Part shown: piece after piece, positions 1 through 9,612 of the stretch | How positions within the stretch are numbered: position 1 is the first letter of the stretch | Layout: the number at the start of each line of letters is the position of its first letter | Assembly (NCBI GenBank): GCA_964035575.1 | Contig: OZ037841.1 | Coordinates: forward strand, 992,001-1,056,000 | Origin: Rhynchopus sp. YZ270_cl-10 | Taxonomy: Eukaryota | Length of the DNA stretch: 64,000 nucleotides | Direction of reading: 5' to 3' | Notes under the pieces: model-generated | Database searches by the model: none | Told to the model about the DNA's origin: nothing | The model's input: the letters and a program-made list of their open reading frames with translations, nothing else | Program-made: the position numbers and the translations under genes

Positions 1-2
1 AT

Positions 3-950
3 GAAGAAAGGGCATATACCAACCGCATGATGCTTCCAGTACGCTCCTCTGTAGTAAATACAACGTATCAGCGTTGGATTGATATGGTCATTCCGCTCCC
101 AAAAGTGATCAAAAAGAGTACTAGGCTGACGGTGCTCGCATCCGCAAAACCGTCATTAATGTTCTTTTCGGGGTCCGTATATGATTTCAAATCAAGTCGT
201 TACCAACTTCGTCAGCTTCGAACATTAGGAACACCTCAGGAAATTAGAATTTGGCTTTATTGTTATGATAAGACCAGAAAAAAACCGCTTACTCCAGCGC
301 AAATGAGGAAACGTAAGGTAGGGTTGGGGAGATGGCAGAAATTTAAAATGAAGTGCGCGCCCGAAACGGACCGGTCCGATGCGGCAGGGTTTTTTCCTAG
401 CTTCAAGAAAAAGCCTCCAGCGAAGAGCAGACGAGGCAACCTATTTATGCCACCCGAAGAGTTCTCTGGGGATACGGCAGACTTCTATTCAATCGAAATG
501 GAGTCAAGCACCTTTTGCCTGATCCTTCGAGGCTGGGGTATGCACTCCTATCGGCTGACCGAAGCGTTGTATCTCGGTTGCATTCCGGTAATATTTTCTC
601 CAGGAGCATTGAGCCATACGAGAGGTGACGATACATACGTGCCATTAATCCCTGTGTCTCAGATCCTTCCGTTTCATGATAGAATAGATTGGGCACAGAT
701 TGCGGTGTTTGTGGATGAAGATGAGTTGTATACGGCGGAGGGGAAGGAGGGGATTGTTGCGCGGCTGCGTGCGCTGAAGGCAGACAAGGTGAAGGTGGAG
801 GCCATGCAGTTGCAGGGGATGGTCGCACACGACACGCTTCTCGGGGCAACAAACCTCAAAGACAGCATGAAGGTCCTAGCGAAGACGATCTTTGGCGAGA
901 TGGCGTACAAAGCGCGCATCTACGAGAGCATGATGCGGAGGCACAAATGA
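3..950 (+). CDS. Exostosin-family (GT47) glycosyltransferase, 5'-truncated by the window edge
   Basis: The frame is open from nt 3 (EERAYTNRMM...). It carries the GT47 C-terminal signature 'MESSTFCLILRGWGMHSYRLTEALYLGCIPVI...LPFHDRIDWAQIAVFV'. Confidence 0.85.
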   Translation, partial: EERAYTNRMMLPVRSSVVNTTYQRWIDMVIPLPKVIKKSTRLTVLASAKPSLMFFSGSVYDFKSSRYQLRQLRTLGTPQEIRIWLYCYDKTRKKPLTPAQMRKRKVGLGRWQKFKMKCAPETDRSDAAGFFPSFKKKPPAKSRRGNLFMPPEEFSGDTADFYSIEMESSTFCLILRGWGMHSYRLTEALYLGCIPVIFSPGALSHTRGDDTYVPLIPVSQILPFHDRIDWAQIAVFVDEDELYTAEGKEGIVARLRALKADKVKVEAMQLQGMVAHDTLLGATNLKDSMKVLAKTIFGEMAYKARIYESMMRRHK

Positions 951-1332
951 TATCCCCCACAAACCCGGAAAGGGGTTTTTTTTTAATTGTACATTTTTTT
1001 AAATTATTATAACGATTTGTGTGCGTTCATCCGGGCTGCGTGCCGGCATCAACAACTACCCATTTTATGATAACGATTGTGTTCAAGGTGGCTAAAGAGG
1101 TTTAGGTTCATCTTAATTTTTTGTTTTCGTCTTTTTTTGCGGAAAGTGCAACGGCAATGGTGTGGTCCCTAACACAAAACGAAATAAAGTTGCAGGGTGA
1201 GTACGGTGATGGGGTGGAGAGGATGACTATCGGGGGGGATGGGAAAAATTTTTTTCTTTCAAACCCCACCCCCCCCTATTAGGTTTCATAAAAGCGGACT
1301 AAGGTTTTGTCTTTCACGTCACATTTTTCTTG

Positions 1333-1367
1333 AAGGTGACTAAGTACGAGAGGCTTAGGGTCATCTT
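1333..1367 (+). repeat. Module A hairpin (type copy of a dispersed sense-strand family)
   Basis: AAGGTGA-CTAAG(C/T)-ACGAGAG-GCTTAG-G(G/T)-TCATCTT followed by a T-tract. More than 20 related copies in the window. Confidence 0.85.
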
Positions 1368-2257
1368 CTAAACTTTTTCTTTTTATTTGTACGTGAAGTG
1401 CCTGAGTTCGCAACTTTTCATTATTTTTTTTTTAAAAGAACCACCGTGTTGGACACATGGTGGTCTCGCCGATCACACAAATAAAATTTAAGATGAATTT
1501 AATAAAAGCGCTGTGTTAAAGTGGCGCCACCTCCCTATTTCTTGTTTTGTCTCTTTCCCTTCCTGTCCCTGTCCCACATCATTCATACACCAATAAGGTC
1601 AGTCCCTTCGGCGGCCCCATAATTTTTTGTTCATATTTTCTTTGCTCCTTCCCACCCCTTAAGTGTCGTTGCTCCGTGGTTCACATATTTGCCGACAGTA
1701 TTCCAATATTTGGGGTACAAATAAAGTCCCCAAAAAAAAATCTCCAAAATCCGCGTTGTTTAGACGCCAATATATTTGGAGTATTGTATTTGCAAAATAT
1801 CGTTCAGGAGATGCTTTCTCTGCATGTGAACAACAACAGCACTGAGTTTTTTTTGGCGTAGCGTGCTATATAGTCACTCAGCTTCGCTACTGGTTTCTAA
1901 TTTCGGGGCTCACGGTCAACTAAAAGGGAGAGGAAGAAAATGGAATTGCCTTTTGGTAATCCAACAACCTGAGAGGTAAATGACGGGGGAGGGATGGAAC
2001 ACTCAGGGAGGAGGGCAGTGCTGAGTGTGCATGGTGTGTGTGTGTGGGTGTGGGTGTCCTGTATTTAACACTTCTAACAGCCGGCTTCCATCTGGAAGTA
2101 GTTTCTGGAAAAAAAAAAAAAATCAAAAAATCAAATGTCTTTGCTCCCCCAGTTTCTTTGTTGTCTTCTTGCACCGGTCGCAGACTCCACGTTTCTTCTT
2201 TAGCATCCCACACCTCCCACAGAATTATCACCAAAAACAACGCAACTCACCCACAAG

Positions 2258-3520
2258 ATGATGTCGTGCATGCGTATTGCAGTGCTTGCTTCAGTACTGT
2301 GCGCTGCGTCGGTGCAGGGCCTGCCAAGTAACACAGCGGGGTGTGCGGCCACATTGTGCCCACCTTCCCACGACTGCAAGGAGGACGCGAACCAGCAGAA
2401 CGCTTACTGCGAGCTGTCCACTAACCCGTGTGCTGTGGTTCGCTGTGGATCTGGTACTGAGTGCACTGTTGCCTCAGATGGTTCCGTGCAGTGCACACCG
2501 ATTGTCACCGACCCCTGCATTGCCACCACTTGCCCGATTGGACAGGTTTGCACCGTGAAGCTGGGACAGGCTGTTTGTGAGACACCCATCTCCGACCCTT
2601 GCATTGCCACCACTTGCCCGATTGGACAGGTTTGCACCGTGAAGCTGGGACAGGCTGTTTGCGAGACACCCATCTCCGACCCCTGCATTGCCACCACTTG
2701 CCCGATTGGACAGGTTTGCACCGTGAAGCTGGGACAGGCTGTTTGTGAGACACCCATCTCCGACCCTTGCATTGCCACCACCTGCCCGATTGGACAGGTT
2801 TGCATCGTGAAGCTGGGACAGGCTGTTTGCGAGACACCCATCTCCTACCCCTGCATTGCCACCACTTGCCCGATTGGACAGGTTTGCACCGTGAAGCTGG
2901 GACAGGCTGTTTGCGAGACACCCATCTCCGACCCTTGCATTGCCACCACCTGCCCGATTGGACAGGTTTGCATCGTGAAGCTGGGACAGGCTGTTTGTGA
3001 GACACCCATCTCCGACCCTTGCATTGCCACCACCTGCCCGATTGGACAGGTTTGCATCGTGAAGCTGGGACAGGCTGTTTGTGAGACACCCATCTCCGAC
3101 CCTTGCATTGCCACCACCTGCCCGATTGGACAGGTTTGCATCGTGAAGCTGGGACAGGCTGTTTGTGAGACACCCATCTCCGACCCTTGCATTGCCACCA
3201 CTTGCCCGATTGGACAGGTTTGCACCGTGAAGCTGGGACAGGCTGTTTGTGAGACACCCATCTCCGACCCTTGCATTGCCACCACTTGCCCGATTGGACA
3301 GGTTTGCACCGTGAAGCTGGGACAGGCTGTTTGTGAGGCACCAATCTCTCCGTGTGCTGCTGTGAGCTGTGCGTCTGGTTACGAGTGCACGATTGCTGAT
3401 GATGGAAGTGCTCACTGCACACCTATTGACCCCTGCGTGACGACGACGTGCGAGAGTGGCTTCAGGTGTTTGGCAATCTTCGACACACATGCTGTGTGTC
3501 TGCCGTCGTGGTGGTTCTGA
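2258..3520 (+). CDS. Secreted cysteine-rich repeat protein (follistatin-N/spore-coat-like 4-Cys repeats)
   Basis: N-terminal signal peptide (MRIAVLASVLCAASVQG), ten near-identical 28-aa repeats DPCIATTCPIGQVC(T/I)VKLGQAVCETPIS, and divergent 4-Cys repeats on both sides. Confidence 0.85.
   Translation: MMSCMRIAVLASVLCAASVQGLPSNTAGCAATLCPPSHDCKEDANQQNAYCELSTNPCAVVRCGSGTECTVASDGSVQCTPIVTDPCIATTCPIGQVCTVKLGQAVCETPISDPCIATTCPIGQVCTVKLGQAVCETPISDPCIATTCPIGQVCTVKLGQAVCETPISDPCIATTCPIGQVCIVKLGQAVCETPISYPCIATTCPIGQVCTVKLGQAVCETPISDPCIATTCPIGQVCIVKLGQAVCETPISDPCIATTCPIGQVCIVKLGQAVCETPISDPCIATTCPIGQVCIVKLGQAVCETPISDPCIATTCPIGQVCTVKLGQAVCETPISDPCIATTCPIGQVCTVKLGQAVCEAPISPCAAVSCASGYECTIADDGSAHCTPIDPCVTTTCESGFRCLAIFDTHAVCLPSWWF
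2510..3349 (+). repeat. Coding tandem repeat, 10 x 84 bp
   Basis: Units start at 2510, 2594, 2678 ... 3266 and differ at only a few positions. Confidence 0.95.
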
Positions 3521-4554
3521 GACACGTTTTGACTGGTGAGCATCCTAGATCTATTCTGCGCTGTGTTTGTGATGGATGCATCGCATGTTGATTTATGATG
3601 AAGATCTGTGCACAAGAGTGCTGGTCTTGGTTTTCATTTCGTTTTTTTTTTTTTGATTTTGTTCACCTTTACTATTCTCTACTTTTGCAAGCAGATGCGG
3701 TTTGTGTTGACGTTTTCGGTAGACACAGGGCCTGCGTACTAGCCTGATGACACGTGTTGTTGTCGAGGCATGAGCTACGGTCACTGAATAGGCTGATTTA
3801 ACAACGTCATGGCAAGCTGCATCTGCACTTCTACGCTTCTTGTTTTGTTGCGAAAGTCGGCGTTGTGGGTGAGGGGGGTTACGAGGTCAGTACCTTGTGT
3901 ATGCATGTGCTGTCTTTCTCCTTGTCGTCTAGTTTACGACGTGTGCTTTTGCGCATTTGTTTATTTGCGTTTTCCATCTCTTGTCATGCGACACGCGGGA
4001 TGCTGTCCCGTGTTGCTGTGTTTTTGCTGCTGTCTTTTGAATTTGTTTGTACAGCTGTGACTTGTCCACGAGCCCACTGTGCTTATGTAAGACAAGAGAC
4101 ACAACAAGACACAGTCGCAGCATGCGTTTTTGATTACATTTTTATGTGTTTTTTTTCCTTCAAAACCCTCACCCCTTGGTGACAGCTCTCGTGCCCTTTT
4201 ACTCTGCCAGTGTGCTGTCTCGTCAGCACAGTGCTTCGGCAAAGAGTCTCGTTTGTGACACACCCCTTGACCCTCCATCAATAATGGAAAAAAAGTTGCA
4301 CCGATGACTTTGTTTTTGGACTTTTTCTTTGCCCCCCCTGCTTCTTTGCCGTCTGCTTGCACCGGCCACACGCTCCTCTGCGTTTCTTCTTTTTTTGCAC
4401 CCCACACCTACACCTATACACCTCTGCCACAGAATGAGCACAAAAACAACACCCTTTCCTTGGTCACCTGTACACTATCGCACCCCGACAGCTTTAGATA
4501 CATGCGCTAAGACGGACACGTCACCGCCTCACTCCACATCCTAACTTCTCCACG

Positions 4555-6678
4555 ATGTCACTGCAGATGCGTCTCGATGGCGTGCTGTCCTTGGACGGTA
4601 CCCTCAGCAAGAAGGAAAGGGAGCGCCGTTCGCAGTTCCTTTTGGCCACAACAGTAGCTTTTGTGTTTCTTGTCCTCAGTTTTTGGGTGAGCGTGAGTGT
4701 ACAGCTGATACACCCGGCATACCTGGTGGCTACCGCCCTCGTTGCACTAGGCGTGTGCTCTGCAATATGTGCAGTGCTGTGCAGGGTGCCCCTGACGACA
4801 CGTGTGGTGGTGTGCACGTTGTACACGTGTGCGCTTGGCATGTTGCTGTGGGATCTGTACGCACGAACTCTCAGCACAAATAGGTGGCCCGTCTTAATCC
4901 TCGTTGTCGATATATTGCTTGTGATGCAGGTGCCCACACGGTACAGTGTAGGTCTTGTGGGTGTTATATCCATGTGGGTGGTGCTGCTAGGTGTAGAGGA
5001 AAGTTTCAGGTTCGGTCTGTTTGACTTGCCCGGGTTTCCTGAGCAGGAAGGTGAGGTCGGGCGGCGGCATCTTGCGAACAAATTGCTTGACTGCTCCATC
5101 CTCCCCTGTGCAAAGAGCTTTCCTCCTCCCAATCTGATTCCACCGCTGGCAATCTTTCTGCTCGACTTTCTGGTTACACGGGGCTTCGCAAGTGAGGTGC
5201 TGAAGGAGCAGGCATCAATGGAGCGGACGATCAACGCTGTGCAGGAGATTGCGTCGTTGCTCGCAAAGTACGACGTGGAAGGTGTGACACGGATGCTCGC
5301 GGCACGTGGCTCAGAGTTGCCGGTGGAGATGTACGAGACGTTGCAGACAATGGAGCGGAATCTGCGCCGCTACAGGCCCTACCTCCCTGCTGCGCTGTTT
5401 GAGGAGATGGAGGAGGTGGAGAGGCGACAGAGCAATATGCCTGAGTACATGCCTGTATCACCACCCGGGGTGGAAACTGAAGCAACAACAATTGTGTTCA
5501 CAGACATCCGTGCATCAACTTCGATCTGGGAACATGCACCTGATGGAATGCGTGCTGGGCTGAAGATCCACAACACTGTGATACGCAGGGTGATGCAGAT
5601 GTTTGGTGGGTACGAAGTCAAGACGCTTGGTGATTCCTTCATGATCGCCTTCACATCAACACAGGACGGGGTGAACTTCGGTCTGCGTGTGCATGAACTC
5701 TTGCGTGAAGCTGTCTGGCCTGACTCACTACTTGAGGACGCACCAATCTGTGCGGAACAGGGCTCCCTTTGGGGAGGACTGACTGTGCGCATTGGTGTGA
5801 ATACTGGCCCTGTGACTGTGGAGGAGAACGCACTGACGGGGCGGACAGACTACTTTGGCCACACAGTGAACGTTGCTGCCCGCCTTGAGGGCACATGTAA
5901 GCCTGGTGCTGTGGCTGTGCCTTCTGACCTGTACACATCTGAGTGCAAGTCTTGCTCTGCTGTTGTCGGGGATGCGGATGCACTGGACTTGAAGGGTGTG
6001 TCTGGGACAACGTTTGTGCAATGTGTGTGGCCTTCGTCACTTGCGGGTCGCAAGCACAATCCCCTCAAAGAACCTATCATGATACTAAACGGTGATTTCG
6101 ATGGACGTGATTCCGACAGTGCAACCAACTCAGGTTCCATAGCTGAGAGCAACACAAGCTCTCTTTATGCAAATCCCGTGACTCTTCTCTTTGAGGCAAC
6201 TGTATGCACTGTGCATCTTGCAGTTGACGAGTGTGACCCGTCAGCACTGCACAACCTGAGCCTTGCCCTGACCACCCTCACAGTGTCCCTGGACCAGAAC
6301 GGCGGGACCTTGGTGACGCTGCTTGGAAGCCGTGTCTGTGTTGGGTGGAACCTGACCCGCCCAACTCCTGCACACGCGGAAGATGCGGTGCGCTTTGCAC
6401 AACGCCTTCTGGGGACTGCAGTGCTGTCGGGCGCAGGGATTGTGACGGGTGCAGTGCAGCACGGAGATGTTGGTGCTCGGAGGCAACGTTTTGTGACTGT
6501 CATGGGGCAGACTGTGTACCGGAGCTGGGCGCTGTGCGACACGGCACGGGAAGGGAGGCAGTGTTTGTACGAACCTCCTTTGGGGACTGTGCTTCCTGCT
6601 GCATTGAAGTCTGCGCTGCAGGCTGAGGGCAAAGCACGTACTGGGTTATACCAGGTCCTTGCGATGCAGAGTCGTTAG
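4555..6678 (+). CDS. Membrane-anchored class III adenylate cyclase with a second, degenerate cyclase domain
   Basis: Multi-TM N-terminus and coiled coil. Catalytic motifs VFTDIRAST, YEVKTLGDSFM and DYFGHTVNVAARLE are intact. The C-terminal cyclase-like domain lacks the acidic metal ligands. Confidence 0.9.
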   Translation: MSLQMRLDGVLSLDGTLSKKERERRSQFLLATTVAFVFLVLSFWVSVSVQLIHPAYLVATALVALGVCSAICAVLCRVPLTTRVVVCTLYTCALGMLLWDLYARTLSTNRWPVLILVVDILLVMQVPTRYSVGLVGVISMWVVLLGVEESFRFGLFDLPGFPEQEGEVGRRHLANKLLDCSILPCAKSFPPPNLIPPLAIFLLDFLVTRGFASEVLKEQASMERTINAVQEIASLLAKYDVEGVTRMLAARGSELPVEMYETLQTMERNLRRYRPYLPAALFEEMEEVERRQSNMPEYMPVSPPGVETEATTIVFTDIRASTSIWEHAPDGMRAGLKIHNTVIRRVMQMFGGYEVKTLGDSFMIAFTSTQDGVNFGLRVHELLREAVWPDSLLEDAPICAEQGSLWGGLTVRIGVNTGPVTVEENALTGRTDYFGHTVNVAARLEGTCKPGAVAVPSDLYTSECKSCSAVVGDADALDLKGVSGTTFVQCVWPSSLAGRKHNPLKEPIMILNGDFDGRDSDSATNSGSIAESNTSSLYANPVTLLFEATVCTVHLAVDECDPSALHNLSLALTTLTVSLDQNGGTLVTLLGSRVCVGWNLTRPTPAHAEDAVRFAQRLLGTAVLSGAGIVTGAVQHGDVGARRQRFVTVMGQTVYRSWALCDTAREGRQCLYEPPLGTVLPAALKSALQAEGKARTGLYQVLAMQSR

Positions 6679-7073
6679 TAAAGGCAACGAGGCAAGATAG
6701 CTGTCTGCAGTGGCAATTTCCATTGTGCGCTAGTAGATGTTGCGTTCTTGTTGGTCGATTTGTACTGTCAGGTATTCCAGTTGTTTGTAACACTTCTTGC
6801 CAGGACTGTCAACGCAGACAGTGGTCTCTTCTTACAGTATGGGTCGTCACTGGATGTGACACTCATGTCGTGTTTCAGTCAATTTTTTCTGACGTTGCTT
6901 GTTCTTCATGTCCATGAGTCGTTCATGCACTCTGTGAGTTGTCTTTCACAAGTCTACACTCAGTGTTTTCCTCGACACTTACTCCACAACTTCGAATAAA
7001 ACACTCTTTTATTTTTTGTCTTCGCAGATGTCATTTCCCCCCCACCCACACCGACACACAAGGGTACACAAGG

Positions 7074-8816
7074 ATGATGCAGTATCTGAAAGACGCGCTC
7101 TCCTTGGATGGGACACTTGACAACAGAGAGACAGACCAACGCACACAGTTTCTTCTGTGCGCATGTATAGGCATCTGTGCCACCTCCACAGGATTCGCGT
7201 TTTCAATGCAGGAGCAGATGCCTGTGGCGCTGGGAGGTACAGCGTTGCTCACGGTAGGCTTCTCCATTGGGCTGCTTGCTGTGCTCTGCAAGGTTCCCTT
7301 GCGCACGGCGCTTGTGGTGGGTGTGCTCTACGTGGGCTCAGCTGGCATTCTAATGTGGGATTTGGATTCACGTGCCCTCTCTGATAACCGCTGGCCCCTG
7401 TTGGTCCTCGTTATTGACCTCATGCTTGTGATGCGCGTACCCACGTTCCACACCTTAGGTCTCGTAGGGTTTGTGGTGCTGTGGTTGGTGGTGCTTGGTC
7501 TTGAGGAGAGCTTCAGGTTTGGTCTGTTCGACCTGCCCGGGTTGCCACCTCAGAAGGGTGAGTACGGAAGGGAGTACTATCACAACCAGGCAGCCGAGTG
7601 TGGCAAGATGCCGTGTCCGGTACCTTTTCCTGCACGCAACCTGCTTGTAGGTATATGCGTGTTTGTGATGGACTTCGTTGTGACACGTGGTTTCGCAAGT
7701 GAGGTGCTGAAAGAGCAGGCATCAATGGAGCGGACGATCAGCACCGTGCAGGAGATCGCCTCGCTCCTGGCAAGGTACGACGTGGAGAAGGTAGCGCAGC
7801 TGCTGGAGGAGCATGAAGATGAGCTGCCTCAGGGGATGACAGTGGCACTACGTGCGTTGGAGGCGAACCTGCGGTCGTACAAAGCGTACCTGCCACAGAC
7901 GTGTCTGCTTGTGGGTGAAACAGCTGATGTGGACAACAAAGGGGAGTCTCTGAGTGGGCGGGAGTCATTTTCGACATGTTCAACTACACCATCAAGCGTG
8001 CTTCACGAAGCAGTTGGGCATCACGTTGCTTTGGGGCTCTCGTCTGCGAAGGCCACTCTGCTGACGGTAAACATCAAAGACACGTTGCGTCTGGTGGAGC
8101 AGGACAGTGCACACTTCTCCTCCTTCTTCACAACTCTTCTTCTGAAGACGTTGCAGGCAACTGAGACACACCATGGGATGGTGGACGTGTTCATCGGGGA
8201 CAGGGTGCACTGCTCGTTCAACGCGTCGAAGCACTGTGCAAACCACGCCACCTCAGCACTGCACACGGCAACGATGTTGTTGAAGGCCAAGCTATCACGG
8301 ATGAACATCGGTGTTGCAACTGGGAATGTGCTGCGTGGTGACATGGGATGTGAAGTGATGCGCCGCTTCAGCATGGTGGGTACACTTGTGCGTGACGTGC
8401 ACGGGATGGAACGTGCAGGACGTATCCTTGGCTGCGACGTGCTCTGCAACCGCCTCTGCTTCAGCGAAGCTGAGTGTGAACACGAAATGCGCCTGATTCC
8501 GTGCAAGGTGGAAGTATCTGCAACCTCTGGCACACCTGAAGTGGTGGCCGAACTTCTTATTAACACGACAGTTGCCAGCATCCCAACAGAAGAGTGGATG
8601 TACCAGATCGGCAATCACAAGAAATGGGAGAACTACAACACAGCAGTGCGGAAGTACCTGAAAGGCGATGTGTCTGCAGCAGCTGTTGAAGAGGCTGCAC
8701 AGGGCTGTCTTTGTGACTGGAGCCCGTTGAACGTGCATCCCTCGACAGTCAAGGGCGCGCTTCTGAGCGTTGCTTTGCCACTACCGCTGGAGGGGGCAGC
8801 GGAGAAGTGTTTCTGA
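7074..8816 (+). CDS. Adenylate cyclase paralogue with a degenerate (pseudo-)cyclase domain
   Basis: TM region homologous to 4555..6678 (EESFRFGLFDLPG; VTRGFASEVLKEQASMERTI identical). The cyclase fold is visible (LTVNIKD, FIGDRVH, IGVATGNVLRGDMG) but the first Asp and the NxxxR motif are absent. Start placed at ATG 7074, downstream of a T-tract/CAG acceptor at about 7005-7028. Confidence 0.8.
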   Translation: MMQYLKDALSLDGTLDNRETDQRTQFLLCACIGICATSTGFAFSMQEQMPVALGGTALLTVGFSIGLLAVLCKVPLRTALVVGVLYVGSAGILMWDLDSRALSDNRWPLLVLVIDLMLVMRVPTFHTLGLVGFVVLWLVVLGLEESFRFGLFDLPGLPPQKGEYGREYYHNQAAECGKMPCPVPFPARNLLVGICVFVMDFVVTRGFASEVLKEQASMERTISTVQEIASLLARYDVEKVAQLLEEHEDELPQGMTVALRALEANLRSYKAYLPQTCLLVGETADVDNKGESLSGRESFSTCSTTPSSVLHEAVGHHVALGLSSAKATLLTVNIKDTLRLVEQDSAHFSSFFTTLLLKTLQATETHHGMVDVFIGDRVHCSFNASKHCANHATSALHTATMLLKAKLSRMNIGVATGNVLRGDMGCEVMRRFSMVGTLVRDVHGMERAGRILGCDVLCNRLCFSEAECEHEMRLIPCKVEVSATSGTPEVVAELLINTTVASIPTEEWMYQIGNHKKWENYNTAVRKYLKGDVSAAAVEEAAQGCLCDWSPLNVHPSTVKGALLSVALPLPLEGAAEKCF

Positions 8817-8883
8817 AGGCATGCAGAAGACTCGATTTTGCAGGACTACTGAATGTGTGCACACAACCTCACATTCGATGCGG

Positions 8884-9068
8884 GGAGAGCAACACCAATA
8901 CTCTGTGTCAACCCATGACACTTCCTTCTCAAGCAACTGTATGCACTGTGCATCTTGCAGTTGGCTACCGCCCTCGTCACCCTGGCCCAGAACGGTGGTG
9001 CCTTGGTGACGCTGCTTGGGTGCCGTGTAGTCGGGGGCAGGGTTTGTGACGGGTGCAGAGTCGCTAGT
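8884..9068 (+). pseudogene. Deleted relic of the 3' end of the first cyclase gene
   Basis: Collinear pieces match 6145-6225, 6275-6335, 6427-6455 and 6666-6678, joined by deletions. Confidence 0.75.
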
Positions 9069-9344
9069 AAAGGCAACGAGGCAAGATAGCTGTCTGCAGT
9101 GGCAATTTCCATTGTGCACTAGTAGATGTTGCGTTCTTGTTGGTCGATTTGTACTGTCAGGTATTCCAGTTGTTTGTAACACTTCTTGCCAGGACTGTCA
9201 ACGCAGACAGTGGTCTCTTCTTACAGTATGGGTCGTCACTGGATGTGTGACACTCATGTCGTGTTTCAGTCAATTTTTTCTGACGTTGCTTGTTCGTCAT
9301 GTTCAGCACTCTGTGAGTTTGTCTTTCACAAGTGCACTCAGTGT
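9056..9344 (+). repeat. Near-identical duplicate of the cyclase 3' flank 6666..6965
   Basis: Direct match beginning 'gcagagtcg(c/t)tagtaaaggcaacgaggcaagatagc'. Confidence 0.9.
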
Positions 9345-9612
9345 AACAACGCAAAATTCTACAGTTTCGAAAGGGCAAATATTCCAAGAATCACCTCATT
9401 TTCAAACATATCCTCACCTATTGGTACACCCTTTTTCCTACCTTTTTCCCACCTTTTCAGACACTTTTCACACATTTCTTTCCCCCGCCCCCCGACCTGC
9501 CGGTTTTTGACCCCCTCTCCCCCCTTCCCCCCTCCCCCCCTTCCAATTTCGTTTACAGTCAAAATTTACCCCCATTTTGGGGGGCGTGCGTCGATTTGCG
9601 CAGTTTTTTTAG

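Noticed and set aside
2404..3490. Long minus-strand ORFs over the Cys-rich gene
   Set aside because: Shadows of the stop-free 84-bp repeat. The + frame has a signal peptide and a coherent Cys pattern.
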